DNA of 61,230 nucleotides, taken from a virus. Its lineage: Duplodnaviria > Caudoviricetes. The stretch is from positions 1-61,230 of the IMG/VR virus record IMGVR_UViG_3300028025_002039, one strand, 5' to 3'. The notes under the pieces are model-generated. The model saw only the letters and a program-made list of their open reading frames with translations. It did no database searches and was not told where the DNA came from. This document shows positions 18,056-28,846 of the stretch, one piece after another (position 1 is the stretch's first letter; each line of letters begins with the position of its first letter). Made by a program: the position numbers and the translations under genes.

Positions 18056-21000
18056 TGTTTGACAACGCAACCCTACATACACACCTAACTACATCATCTA
18101 CAGTAAAAAGTCAGGCAGCAATTATTGCAGAATGGAACTTAAACTACGCAACAAACATTGATGAAATTGGTAACTATTTTTATAATCCTGCTGTGGGCGG
18201 TCTTACCAATACGTTTGCTAAAGAAACATCTCTTACATCTTCACCAAAGTATTTTGGTGGAACAGAATCTAATGTTAAAACAAACGCAGGGTATGACCAA
18301 GATGGAAATGTTGCAACTGCCTTTACAAAACCAAATCAGCGAGAGAAGTTCTTATACTCACTTGAAGACTGCCTTGCAAGGTTTAGACCTCGTTCTGGAA
18401 TCAACAAACTAAGGTATTTTTCTACAGGATTTACACACAACACTTCTTCCAATATGGCAACTAGACCAAGATACTACATGGGGTCTAAGAATGACAAGTT
18501 TAAGTACTGGAGTTCTTTTAAAAATAAGAATGGTTCTGTTTACGGAATTGCAAAAACTCCTGTATCTGGAACAACCTCTCCATACTACATCACCGACGCT
18601 GTTCCGTTTGTAACATACAAAAGTGCAGTGCCAGCAAACAGGTTGGTTATTAAGATGCAAACCAATGTCGGTAGCACAGATTTAGGAAACATTGTAAAGA
18701 CAGACAAGACTGTTATTGCAGACCCTTTCTATGGCACAGCCAACAAGACAACCCCCATTACTTGGAAGGTCCAAGTTCTGCAGGGTACAACCTGGACAGA
18801 TGCAAAATCATTTACCTCTGACGTAGTGCCAACAGATGGCTATGTAGAATTGTCTTATGGCATTACAAATATTCCAGTAGCGTATGCCAATAATTTTGTT
18901 TATGCAGGGGAACTAACAAGCGAAAGCCTACTTCCACCACAATCAATTACAGGATACGCTTACTTGATTAGAACTGGGACAGCAATTGGTCAATACAAAG
19001 TTTGGAACGGAACAGCCTATGATGCTGGCTTTACACCAACATACGGATGGTATCAGTCAACAGATGGATTGTCTCCTACCTCTAGCGTTGTTACAGAACT
19101 AGTTAATGCACCATATTACGTTAGCGGAACAGCACAGTTTAGAGACTTTCAGTATATCCAGGGTATGCGTATCGTAGTAGACACTATGAACAAATACAAC
19201 TCAACCTTTGACCTAATAGAAATGTCTCCTAGACTTGTTGCAGATTTGTCAGATATAACAATGAGTTATAACGCAAGCAAAACACTATCAGACCTTTCTA
19301 CAAGCGGTATTCCAGTAGGTCAACTATTAGCCTCACAAGGTTCGCTATCAATCTTCGACTCAGAACAAGCATTCAATCCAAACAATACCAACAGTCTTAT
19401 AAAGAACTTTTCGTCGATTAATCTTCAGGTAAAGTTCTATGAAATTATATCTCAAGTTAGCGGTGTAGACTATTATGTTCCAATTAAGACATACTATGCA
19501 GAGGGGTTTCCAGAGTTTGACAATGAGAGCAGACAGATATCTATACAACTAAGAGACCTATTCTTTTACTTCGAATCCCTGACTGCCCCACAGTTGTTTA
19601 TTCGCAATGCATCAATGAGTTATATCATTTCAACTCTTATGGACTCTATTGGTTTTAGTAACTATACCTTTAGAAGAAATCCAGGGGAAACAGAAGAACC
19701 AATAATTCCATACTTCATTGTAAGACCAGACACTACTGTAGCACAGGTACTAAACGACCTAGCAATTTCAACACAGTCAGCAATGTTCTTTGACGAATAC
19801 AATAACTTTGTTGTAATGAGCAGAAACAGAATGATGCCAACTGTTGCGGAAAAAGCAACAGATATGACACTTGCTGGCTCAGTAGATTCTACAGACAACG
19901 GTATTGTAAAAAATCTTCCAAACGGAAACACAATGTCCAATATCATTAGCGTTGCGTCTGTAGTTAAAGACATATATAATGACGGAAAGATTTCATATAC
20001 TAATAGATATATTCAGCGTTCCTACGGCTCTCTCAAAGAAGCAGGTCAATTAAACAAAGACCAACGATTTGTTTACAAGCCAGTACTACTTTGGGAAGTT
20101 AGCGGAACTTCAAATGTTCGTCCAGTCAACAGCGAGTTCTCAAGCCAATCATCTTTTGCTTTAGGTGCAATTCCTCTAAGAACCACACTTAGTCAACAGT
20201 TGCCTTTTGCAACTTCAAGTGAAACTATTGTAAATAATACTATCGACCTAGGAGAAGCAGTATACTGGCTACCTAGATATAAGGGTTATTTTTATGCTAA
20301 TGGAGAAATCATTAAGTACGATGCTGTAGAGTATGCCGTAGATGGCGTGGGTATCGTTTGGATTTCAGATGTGCAAGAGTATAGCAACTACTTCCAGCAA
20401 CTACCATTTAATGGTTCAATCTATCCTACAGGATTGGTCAGAATCTTCTCTGAACCGTACTACACATCTGGTGGCAGCATCGACCACTCAGTGCCATATG
20501 TAGACGCAGACGGAACATCTTATGACGGAACAACACGAGGTGCTGTTGCAAAACATGGTCGTGGTCAATTTGGAACAGAAATTGCAAAACACAATGCTGG
20601 GCTAGACTCTCACTGGACAAACACAAATAACATGCATGGATGTTACATGGACTCTAGATTCTTGTTTAACAGAAAAGTTGAAAGAGCCTTTAATGGAACG
20701 GCATCGGTAATTGGTTCGGCTATTGTCAAAGACACAAACTTTACTAACCTAGACGATAACACCTCTGTTGTTCTAGATGCAAGTCAATCTGGAAAGACAA
20801 TTGCAGACGGAACAGTTACAAGTTCAAATACAAAAGCAAGAGCGTCTACAGTCAACGGAATTATTAAGAACTTTCTAAGTTCAGACTATGAGTCTGAGAT
20901 TCCATTTACATCTCAGCAATCCCCAACTCCAGGAACAATGCAGTCTTCAGCATTAATCTTTAATGGTCCTAACTTTGATACCCTGAATCCAATCAACTTT

Positions 21001-22476
21001 ATTTCTTATCTGCACAAACCATTAACAAGTTCTTTTAATCACTTTGGAACAAGAATGAGAATTATTGGTCAACTAGAGGATACAAAGAAAGAGAATACTG
21101 CTAGAACTCAAACAGCGGTAGGAAGCACTCCAATGTTTACTACTTCAGAAAAAGAGGCTGCGTCTGCTAAAGTAGTTTCTGGCTCTTCAGGCGGTATTGG
21201 AATTATGGTAAGCCCAACAAACAATACAGGATACTTCTTTGAAATAGTTGCATTGACAGAACAAAGTTCAAAGACTGCCCAGGGAACAAAAGAACTAGCA
21301 AATATTTATTTCTACAAAAATCTAGCAACAAAATCAGCAGGTGATTCAGCAGCCACAGTGCCTGTAGAACTTTACCACGGATTAATGCAAATTCTTGTAG
21401 ACGATGGAAACTTTACTGGACAGCAAAAAATGAAGGGGGAGCAAACTCCAAGCGTGTATGACCTGTCTATAGAATATGAAAAAATTAACACTGGTCTTAG
21501 ATTCTCTCTAAGCGTAAACGGAAACACTGTTGCTATTGTGGAAGATACAGAACCTTTGCCAATCACTCAATCTGTGGCACTGTTTGTTCGTGGCTCCTCT
21601 CGCTGCATGTTTGAAAATGTTTTTGCATTAGCACAAGTAGACTCATACGGTTCTTCTTCAGGAGTAAAGCCTGTAGCATCTTCGCAACCATTCGCTCTGG
21701 ATAACCCAGACTCCAAGTATGAAAGGTATGGACTAAACCGTGTAGTAAAGAACACATTCCTTACACAGGTTAAGCCATCTGGAGAACCAGAGTTCAAGTT
21801 TTTCTATGACGAATTTGGAACAATTATGAGAGAGGCTGCTTATTTTAATATTAAATATGACAAAGCCTACCCTGCACTAATGGCACAGATTTCTCCAACA
21901 TTCAATACCTACAAGGGTTATGCGGTTTCTGGCTTTACCCCAAACGCTTATGGTGCAGAATTTCTAATCTTTAATACAATGGATACTGTTCTTAATCTAG
22001 ATGAAACATCTGGAAACTACTTAAGAATTCAGGGTGTTACGTTTACTCAAGAATCAACTCACGACCTGACAGTAGACGAATACTTTAACAAAAAGTCAGA
22101 CCTATCAAATCCATCGTTGGCTGGAACAAGTCAGTCTCCTAGTTTAGAAAAACAAACATACATAGACCTTGCAAACAGCAGGTCCGTTTATGGAAGAAAA
22201 GACTTTTCAATTTCAGCACCATACATTCAGGATGCGGATACTGCAAACAAACTAATGGACTGGATGATTAAAAGAATTATGAAGCCAAGAAGGTCGGTTG
22301 GTCTAAACATTTTTGCTATGCCGACTATGCAACTTGGAGATATTGTAGAGATTGATTATGTAGACAAAAACTCAATCAACCAGGTATCGTCTTCAAGATT
22401 TATTGTTTATTCAATGGAGTACTCAAAAGATGGTTCTGGACCATCTATGACTGTTTATCTAAGTGAGGTTGTGTAA
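18055..22476 (+). CDS. Large minor tail/baseplate hub protein
   Basis: 1473 aa after Dit; C-terminal APYIQD...MQLGDIVEI resembles Tal/hub proteins. Confidence 0.7.
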   Translation: MFDNATLHTHLTTSSTVKSQAAIIAEWNLNYATNIDEIGNYFYNPAVGGLTNTFAKETSLTSSPKYFGGTESNVKTNAGYDQDGNVATAFTKPNQREKFLYSLEDCLARFRPRSGINKLRYFSTGFTHNTSSNMATRPRYYMGSKNDKFKYWSSFKNKNGSVYGIAKTPVSGTTSPYYITDAVPFVTYKSAVPANRLVIKMQTNVGSTDLGNIVKTDKTVIADPFYGTANKTTPITWKVQVLQGTTWTDAKSFTSDVVPTDGYVELSYGITNIPVAYANNFVYAGELTSESLLPPQSITGYAYLIRTGTAIGQYKVWNGTAYDAGFTPTYGWYQSTDGLSPTSSVVTELVNAPYYVSGTAQFRDFQYIQGMRIVVDTMNKYNSTFDLIEMSPRLVADLSDITMSYNASKTLSDLSTSGIPVGQLLASQGSLSIFDSEQAFNPNNTNSLIKNFSSINLQVKFYEIISQVSGVDYYVPIKTYYAEGFPEFDNESRQISIQLRDLFFYFESLTAPQLFIRNASMSYIISTLMDSIGFSNYTFRRNPGETEEPIIPYFIVRPDTTVAQVLNDLAISTQSAMFFDEYNNFVVMSRNRMMPTVAEKATDMTLAGSVDSTDNGIVKNLPNGNTMSNIISVASVVKDIYNDGKISYTNRYIQRSYGSLKEAGQLNKDQRFVYKPVLLWEVSGTSNVRPVNSEFSSQSSFALGAIPLRTTLSQQLPFATSSETIVNNTIDLGEAVYWLPRYKGYFYANGEIIKYDAVEYAVDGVGIVWISDVQEYSNYFQQLPFNGSIYPTGLVRIFSEPYYTSGGSIDHSVPYVDADGTSYDGTTRGAVAKHGRGQFGTEIAKHNAGLDSHWTNTNNMHGCYMDSRFLFNRKVERAFNGTASVIGSAIVKDTNFTNLDDNTSVVLDASQSGKTIADGTVTSSNTKARASTVNGIIKNFLSSDYESEIPFTSQQSPTPGTMQSSALIFNGPNFDTLNPINFISYLHKPLTSSFNHFGTRMRIIGQLEDTKKENTARTQTAVGSTPMFTTSEKEAASAKVVSGSSGGIGIMVSPTNNTGYFFEIVALTEQSSKTAQGTKELANIYFYKNLATKSAGDSAATVPVELYHGLMQILVDDGNFTGQQKMKGEQTPSVYDLSIEYEKINTGLRFSLSVNGNTVAIVEDTEPLPITQSVALFVRGSSRCMFENVFALAQVDSYGSSSGVKPVASSQPFALDNPDSKYERYGLNRVVKNTFLTQVKPSGEPEFKFFYDEFGTIMREAAYFNIKYDKAYPALMAQISPTFNTYKGYAVSGFTPNAYGAEFLIFNTMDTVLNLDETSGNYLRIQGVTFTQESTHDLTVDEYFNKKSDLSNPSLAGTSQSPSLEKQTYIDLANSRSVYGRKDFSISAPYIQDADTANKLMDWMIKRIMKPRRSVGLNIFAMPTMQLGDIVEIDYVDKNSINQVSSSRFIVYSMEYSKDGSGPSMTVYLSEVV

Positions 22477-22478
22477 AT

Positions 22479-22976
22479 ATGGGCATTGGCGGCAATATAA
22501 TTTTTCCAACACCTATGCACCCAGACGGTGACTCGCCACTAGACTTTGCTTTGAGGCAACATCAGCAGGGCAAGGCAACCAGGGTAGCCGCCAGCAACCT
22601 ACTTATAGAGCCACAAGACGCATCAATTGACCTAATGACACAAATGACCATTGAAGACATTGGCTCACTAGAACTAATTAACACAGCAAGACATAACCTG
22701 ATTACTGGAAACAACATTGTTTACAAGCCTTTCTCTAAACTGTCAATTCTTAATTCTCAGTATGACCCACTTAGGATTCTTGCTTTAGCAGACGGAACAC
22801 CAGCACAATTTGATGCATTCTCAATACCTCTAGAAAACTACCTGCCAGACCAACTAACAAACGTATCAATAGACAATTCTGGCAATATAATCATTGATTT
22901 TATTAATATTCAGGACGGAGACTTTGTGGAAGTTGAAATTCTTTCACAGGGTACGTTGTATAATGATACAATATAG
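22479..22976 (+). CDS. Minor tail protein
   Basis: Position in the tail module. Confidence 0.5.
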   Translation: MGIGGNIIFPTPMHPDGDSPLDFALRQHQQGKATRVAASNLLIEPQDASIDLMTQMTIEDIGSLELINTARHNLITGNNIVYKPFSKLSILNSQYDPLRILALADGTPAQFDAFSIPLENYLPDQLTNVSIDNSGNIIIDFINIQDGDFVEVEILSQGTLYNDTI

Positions 22977-22987
22977 TAGGAGAACAT

Positions 22988-24103
22988 ATGATTACTGATA
23001 AAGGAAAGACCATAATTAGCAAGTTTTTGCTTGGTCAAACAACATCTTATGCATCGCACATTGCTGTGGGCTGTGGGGCTGCTCCACTACTATCCAACGA
23101 CACTTTGGGCGACTACTCTGCTAAGACTTCCCTGGACTATGAAATGTTTAGAGTTCCAATTGTTTCTCGTGGCTACATCTTTGAAGACGGCATTGACAAA
23201 CTTGTTGTTACAGCAGAGTTACCAACAGAAGAAAGATATGAAATTACTGAAATTGGACTGTTCTCTGCAGGTGCAAACCCAACTGTCCTTAGAGACAGCA
23301 AGCAAGTTTTTGTATTTTCTGGTAGCGAAAACTGGGAGTATCATGGAGCAAGCAGTGCTGTAGCACTTCCAATACAAGCAAACAGATTGGACTTGGGTAA
23401 CGAAAGTACTGGAAATATGTCTGCCTCAATCACAGACCCAGCATTCTTTGCAAAAGCAGACAACGAGTTTTTTAATCTAACCACTAGGCTTTCAAGACAG
23501 GAAAGACCACGGTATCTTAATGACAGCATTCTAGCAGTAGGAAACCTATCTGGAACAATTACTACTGGAGCAGGTGCATGGTCTTCTAGCAGCGGATATC
23601 ACATTCACCTAACAAACCTATCGCTAGACTTAGACAAGAATGCTTCTACAGATGAATTAAGATTAGCATTTTCTGTTATCAATAAAAACACAACCGATGC
23701 TGCCCCATCAACTGTAACTGTATACGTTGAGTTTGCTGATACTCACGATGGTGCAAACTATGCACAGTTCCAATACACAGGCTCTGTAACACCAAGCAAC
23801 AGGTATATTGTTGCAAGCAAAGAGTTAGGAGACCTATACAAAACAGCAGGATTTACCTGGGACTCAGTGACAACAGCAAAGATTTATGTTAGCGTTGGAA
23901 ACAGTTCCGACTACTACGTTACCCTTGATGGAATGAGACTAGAAAATCTTTATGCTGGAAACCCACTATACGGATTGACAGGATACTCTGCTGTAAGAAA
24001 TACTTTTACAGACTCTAACTATATTTCTTACGCCAAGCCAGTAATCAAAAATCCAAATACTTCAAACTACATAGAGTTTAGATTTGGTGTGGATGTAGTA
24101 TAA
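22988..24103 (+). CDS. Minor tail/baseplate protein
   Basis: MITDKGK...HIAVG...ITEIGLF motifs seen in baseplate and tail-fibre anchor proteins. Confidence 0.65.
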   Translation: MITDKGKTIISKFLLGQTTSYASHIAVGCGAAPLLSNDTLGDYSAKTSLDYEMFRVPIVSRGYIFEDGIDKLVVTAELPTEERYEITEIGLFSAGANPTVLRDSKQVFVFSGSENWEYHGASSAVALPIQANRLDLGNESTGNMSASITDPAFFAKADNEFFNLTTRLSRQERPRYLNDSILAVGNLSGTITTGAGAWSSSSGYHIHLTNLSLDLDKNASTDELRLAFSVINKNTTDAAPSTVTVYVEFADTHDGANYAQFQYTGSVTPSNRYIVASKELGDLYKTAGFTWDSVTTAKIYVSVGNSSDYYVTLDGMRLENLYAGNPLYGLTGYSAVRNTFTDSNYISYAKPVIKNPNTSNYIEFRFGVDVV

Positions 24104-24852
24104 TGGCTAATGAAATTGTTAAAAAGATAACGATTCCAAGAAGCGAAATTGAGTCTCTGTCTTCGGATGGATATTACTTTCTTAGATATAGAATAGTTTC
24201 AGAAGACAAGACAAGACTATCCCACTGGTCTCAAATATACGGTGTCGATGGAGGCAATCTTCAAAACGCTTCAAACATTATTTCTCTTCTTCAGGAAGCC
24301 AATGGTATTAGCATTGCTTGGGGTGTGCTAAATACCTTGGGCGTTAATAACTATGATGTCTATGTAAGATACGATGATTCTTCGACGAGTGCTTGGAACG
24401 GTGGCACAAACTCAACTGCTACAGAACTTACTGGATTTGTTGCCACTTTGGCTACAGGAACCAATGTTGTGACCCTAACAACTGGAACTACAGCAAATAT
24501 TAAGGTTGGTCAGTCGGTAACAAAAACAAGCGGCTCAGGAGCATTCAATGCAAGTGGGGTGTACGTTATTGCAATTACAGGAGCAACAACATTTACCGTT
24601 GGCAATATTGACGGAACAGCCCTAAATCATGCCACCCCTGGCTCTACCACTTTTAAAGTTAATGGCAACTCTTTTAACTTCTACAAGTCTACTGTAAACA
24701 ATACGCTTTTTGTGCCAAAACCTGCAGTTGGAACAAGTGTATACGCAGCAGTTTTAGCAAGAAGTTTTCCAAAATACTCAAAGTTATCGTCTTTTAATCC
24801 GAGCAAACCAGAAACTTTTTTGGTGGAAAGTCTAGCACTAACTGTAGTTTAG
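24103..24852 (+). CDS. Minor tail protein
   Basis: FN3-like YRIVSED...SHWS motif plus a Thr/Gly-rich beta insert. Confidence 0.55.
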   Translation: MANEIVKKITIPRSEIESLSSDGYYFLRYRIVSEDKTRLSHWSQIYGVDGGNLQNASNIISLLQEANGISIAWGVLNTLGVNNYDVYVRYDDSSTSAWNGGTNSTATELTGFVATLATGTNVVTLTTGTTANIKVGQSVTKTSGSGAFNASGVYVIAITGATTFTVGNIDGTALNHATPGSTTFKVNGNSFNFYKSTVNNTLFVPKPAVGTSVYAAVLARSFPKYSKLSSFNPSKPETFLVESLALTVV

Positions 24853-24867
24853 TGCTATAATTGAGAT

Positions 24868-25326
24868 ATGATTTCAGCGACTCCACAAGAAGGTCAGCCA
24901 CTAGACCTACAGTATATTTCAGAACTGGCACAGTCAGTAATTGAACTAAACAAGGCAGCAACAAAGAATAACTCGTACAGCAACTCCTACATTAAAAACA
25001 AGGACAACATTGTAAAGTATGACAAGACGACTAACACATCTTTTTATGCTGTATTTGAGCCAATTCTTGAGGGCAAAACAGTCAATGCAGGACATCTAGA
25101 AAGTTTTTCTTACACTTTTGAGCACAGTTTTATAAATACTCCAGTTGTAACTGTAACAGCAGTTAACATTCCAACAACGACAATTGGAAATAACGTAAGC
25201 GTTGTGCTTACAGACGTTACGCCTGGCTCCATTAGCGGATATATAAAGTTAAACAACACTACTAGCGGAACCGCTAATATTGGACTAAACATTATTGCTA
25301 TTGGTTTCCAAGGCGGCATGAACTAA
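24868..25326 (+). CDS. Minor tail protein, possible H-type-lectin-like C-terminus
   Basis: F..SFINTPVVTVT...NIIAIG motif typical of small tail-tip domains. Confidence 0.5.
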   Translation: MISATPQEGQPLDLQYISELAQSVIELNKAATKNNSYSNSYIKNKDNIVKYDKTTNTSFYAVFEPILEGKTVNAGHLESFSYTFEHSFINTPVVTVTAVNIPTTTIGNNVSVVLTDVTPGSISGYIKLNNTTSGTANIGLNIIAIGFQGGMN

Positions 25327-25336
25327 TAGGCTAACT

Positions 25337-25867
25337 ATGGCTGCCCAAACAATGGAAGAGTATAACTCGTCCCCAATTATTCCAGGGAATAAAAAAGTTT
25401 GGTTTCTAAACGGAGACCTAGTAAGAACACATCACCTCAATAAGTCTAATGGGATTATGTCTGTTTATAATATTATCAAAGACCAGATTGAAAGTTGTCT
25501 TATTAGTGATTTTAAAAAGAATAGGGAACGTGCTTATACTGTTGGTCAAACAGCAGCCCTAGTAAATAGGCACAAGAAATACATGCCAGAACTAGTAAAG
25601 AAAGGCGTTATCCCAGAACCAATGGGGGCACAGCCTGGAGGAGCCAGGGCATGGCAAGTAAGAAGTTATTATTCGGAGTCGCAAGTTCGTGAACTTCGTG
25701 ATATACTAGCATCATACCATCACGGAAGACCTCGCAATGACGGTCTGATTACCAACGATGTAACTCCTACAAAACAGGAGTTGACAAGACGTATGGGAGA
25801 TGGTATACTGACATATACAAGGACAGAAGACGGACGTTACATCCCAATCTGGTCGGAATCAATTTAA
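25337..25867 (+). CDS. MerR-like HTH DNA-binding protein
   Basis: YTVGQTAALVNR...GVIPEP...RSYYSESQV pattern. Confidence 0.65.
   Translation: MAAQTMEEYNSSPIIPGNKKVWFLNGDLVRTHHLNKSNGIMSVYNIIKDQIESCLISDFKKNRERAYTVGQTAALVNRHKKYMPELVKKGVIPEPMGAQPGGARAWQVRSYYSESQVRELRDILASYHHGRPRNDGLITNDVTPTKQELTRRMGDGILTYTRTEDGRYIPIWSESI
25781..25809 (+). promoter_or_regulatory. Sigma70/SigA-type promoter for the replication genes
   Basis: TTGACA-N17-TATACT; the same architecture occurs at 29555, 48514, 48899, 54092, 54358, 56869 and 57333. Confidence 0.75.
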
Positions 25868-25882
25868 TCCATTAGGAGAGAC

Positions 25883-26092
25883 ATGGAAAACGAAAGTACT
25901 AAAGTAACAGTGGGTTTGGGCTATACCCTTAATCTAGGCAACTTCCAATCACTACGCATTGATATCTCTATCGCAGATAACAAGCGTGAGGGTGAGACTG
26001 CCAACGAAGCCTTTGAGCGTGTCTACAAGTTTGTAGAAGAGAAACTGGCTGAGAAGGTTCGTGAGTCTGTAGAAGAGACTGAGAGCAAGTAA
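25883..26092 (+). CDS. Conserved phage hypothetical protein
   Basis: RBS; TLNLGNFQSLRID motif. Confidence 0.6.
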   Translation: MENESTKVTVGLGYTLNLGNFQSLRIDISIADNKREGETANEAFERVYKFVEEKLAEKVRESVEETESK

Positions 26093-26400
26093 TGGCTGAA
26101 CGCAAAGACCGCATGGCTTTGCTCAGTCGCTACAGTAAGTTACACACTGTAAGATACGAAGAAAAGCCTTCACTAAATTTGAATGTGGAACAATGGGCAT
26201 CAGATGCTCTCATTGAATCCTACGGTATTCCAGAATGCTATGACCTACTGGAGTACTACTTTGAAACAGCAACATCACCAACATGGAAATACTTTGCAAA
26301 CTACGCTGACAAAATTGTTGAGGCTAGAAAGCAATTCCAACAAGACCTTAAGGAGAGAGCCGAACGCCGTCAAAAGGCTAAGGAGTGGCTAAATGACTAA
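26092..26400 (+). CDS. Hypothetical protein (possible helicase loader)
   Basis: Translationally coupled upstream of the helicase; function inferred from position only. Confidence 0.4.
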   Translation: MAERKDRMALLSRYSKLHTVRYEEKPSLNLNVEQWASDALIESYGIPECYDLLEYYFETATSPTWKYFANYADKIVEARKQFQQDLKERAERRQKAKEWLND

Positions 26401-27613
26401 TACAGAATCTAAACTAATATCTGCAGTATTGGCAGACAAGCAGGTCCACGTCCTGCTACAAGCAAACGTGGAAAACATTCTTCGTACACACACGGATATT
26501 TGGACGTTCATTCGCAACTATTCCGAAACTAATGGAACTGTCCCACCTGTCTCTCTAGTGGTAGACAAGTTCCGTGACTTCTCTCCAGAAGATGGCGTGG
26601 GTGCTACGAAGTACCATTTGGAAGAACTACAGGCTGAGTTCCTAAACGATAGTCTAAAGGATGTGCTACGCTCTACTGCTGCAGAAGTACAGGCAGGTCA
26701 AGGTACTAAGGCACTAGAAGACCTTATCCAGAAGACTTCAGAACTTAAGAAGAACACAGCGGTTATCAAGGACATTGATGCTACTGATATTGATTCTGCT
26801 GTTGCCTACTTTGAGAACCTTGCTCGTCAGAATGAACTAGGCTCAATCGGTATCAAGACTGGTCTGCCAGGCTTTGACAACTACTTACCTGCTGGTATTA
26901 CTCCAGGTCAGTTGGGTGTGTTTCTAGCCTACCCAGGTATTGGTAAGTCTTGGTTTGCTCTATACATGGCGGTACAGGCATGGAAGGCTGGAAAGTCTCC
27001 ACTAATCATCTCACTTGAAATGTCAGAGACAGAGGTTCGTAACCGTGTATTTGCTATCATGGGTGAGGGTCTATGGTCACACCGCAAGTTGAGCAACGGT
27101 CAGGTAGATATTGAAGACCTAAAGCGTTGGCACAAGAAAGAACTGCAGGGTAAGCCAGAGTTCCACATTATCTCTAATGATTCTGGTGGTGAAGTTACCC
27201 CATCTGTTATTCGTGGTAAGATGGACCAGTACAAGCCAGACCTAGTTATCGTGGACTACCTACAGTTGATGTCACCTAACCAAAAGTCAGACAACGAGAC
27301 TGTTCGTATGAAGAACCTTTCTCGTGAACTTAAACTTATGGCTATCTCGGAATCAATTCCTATCATTGCTATCTCGTCTGCTACACCTGACGATGTTAAC
27401 AAATTGGATACCGTTCCTACGCTTGGTCAAACCGCTTGGTCACGCCAGATTGCCTACGATGCTGACTGGGTGCTTGCACTTGGTCGTGCTACTAACTCGG
27501 ATATCCTAGAGTGTGTGTTCCGCAAGAACCGTAACGGCTTCATGGGTGAGTTCCTAGTTCAGGTAGACTTCGATAAGGGCTGGTATAAATACAAGGATTT
27601 CGAAGAAAACTAG
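26393..27613 (+). CDS. dnaB: DnaB-like replicative helicase
   Basis: Walker A AYPGIGKS, SLEM, Walker B IVDYLQLM, KNRNG. Confidence 0.93.
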   Translation: MTNTESKLISAVLADKQVHVLLQANVENILRTHTDIWTFIRNYSETNGTVPPVSLVVDKFRDFSPEDGVGATKYHLEELQAEFLNDSLKDVLRSTAAEVQAGQGTKALEDLIQKTSELKKNTAVIKDIDATDIDSAVAYFENLARQNELGSIGIKTGLPGFDNYLPAGITPGQLGVFLAYPGIGKSWFALYMAVQAWKAGKSPLIISLEMSETEVRNRVFAIMGEGLWSHRKLSNGQVDIEDLKRWHKKELQGKPEFHIISNDSGGEVTPSVIRGKMDQYKPDLVIVDYLQLMSPNQKSDNETVRMKNLSRELKLMAISESIPIIAISSATPDDVNKLDTVPTLGQTAWSRQIAYDADWVLALGRATNSDILECVFRKNRNGFMGEFLVQVDFDKGWYKYKDFEEN

Positions 27614-27625
27614 TTATAATAGTAT

Positions 27626-27970
27626 GTGGAACATTTACATCATAAGTCTATTAAAACCTTTACTGTTGACGGTATCATCAAAGATGATGCTGCTATCGGT
27701 AGGCTCAGGCTTGAGATTGAAAGATTACAAATACTACAGATGCGTGAACTAGGGTATGTGCCAAGGCTTGACATTGACCCAAACTTTACGATACAATATA
27801 ACAATACAAAAGAATACTTTGAATTTATACTAACGCTATACGGAACATATTTAGGAAAGAAGAAATCACAATGCATAATGGGAATAGACGGAACACTACT
27901 GGTTCCTACTCACAAGAACAGATTAAAAGAGTTATCAATGGGTCAGGAATCAATGTCGAATCAGAAGTAG
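27626..27970 (+). CDS. Hypothetical protein
   Basis: ORF just after a TATAAT; overlaps the primase start. Confidence 0.5.
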   Translation: MEHLHHKSIKTFTVDGIIKDDAAIGRLRLEIERLQILQMRELGYVPRLDIDPNFTIQYNNTKEYFEFILTLYGTYLGKKKSQCIMGIDGTLLVPTHKNRLKELSMGQESMSNQK

Positions 27971-28815
27971 ATTCTGACTACATCATATTCTGCCCTTTTC
28001 ACAACAACTACCGCTCACCTGCTGGTGAAGTGGACAAGCGTTCTGGTTTCTTCTATTGCTTCTCGTGCCAGCATGTTTCAGACCTGCCATCCCTAATTAT
28101 GAAAACATCTGGTCGTACCTACTTTGAAGCGGTACGTTTTATCAAGTCTAAAGAAACAGAGACTGACCTATCTTATCAAATTAATCAGTCATTAGTAAAC
28201 AAGCCAGACTATCTTCCATACGATGAACTGCTAATCAAGCGACTAAGTGCTCAAGCATTAGAATCGCCACGAGCCATGAGATACTACTCAGGAAGGCTCA
28301 TAAACGACTCCTCAGTACGCAAATTCGATTTAGGGTACTCGGAGAAGCAAGACATGGTTACAATCCCTGTACACTCGCCTGACGGCGTTTCTGTGGGGTT
28401 TGTGGGACGGTCTGTCGAAGGTAAAGACTTCAAGAATACTCCAGGACTGCCAAAGAGCAAAGTCCTATTCAATCTACACAGAGTAAAGACTGCTGGTAAA
28501 GTCTATGTAGTTGAATCATCATTTGATGCTATCCGCTTAGACCAGTGTGGATTTCCTGCGGTAGCAACTCTGGGTGCAAACGTATCCAGAATACAAACAG
28601 ACTTGCTTCAGAAGTATTTCAATAACGTTATTGTTATTGCTGATAATGACGAGGCTGGAGGTAACATGAAAGACAAGATTGTAGAACGACTAGGTTCTCG
28701 TGTTACTGTAATTAAAATAGATAAACAATACAAGGATATCGGTGATATGTCTGACGAAGCAATAAAAAATATTGATGAAACATTTGACAAAACCATCGCT
28801 AGTATGCTAAACTAG
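27871..28815 (+). CDS. dnaG: DNA primase (zinc finger + TOPRIM)
   Basis: CPFH...CFSC; VVESSFDA; ADNDEAG; KDIGD. Confidence 0.9.
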   Translation: MHNGNRRNTTGSYSQEQIKRVINGSGINVESEVDSDYIIFCPFHNNYRSPAGEVDKRSGFFYCFSCQHVSDLPSLIMKTSGRTYFEAVRFIKSKETETDLSYQINQSLVNKPDYLPYDELLIKRLSAQALESPRAMRYYSGRLINDSSVRKFDLGYSEKQDMVTIPVHSPDGVSVGFVGRSVEGKDFKNTPGLPKSKVLFNLHRVKTAGKVYVVESSFDAIRLDQCGFPAVATLGANVSRIQTDLLQKYFNNVIVIADNDEAGGNMKDKIVERLGSRVTVIKIDKQYKDIGDMSDEAIKNIDETFDKTIASMLN

Positions 28816-28846
28816 ACATCCGCTAAAAAACATAAGGAGAAATACT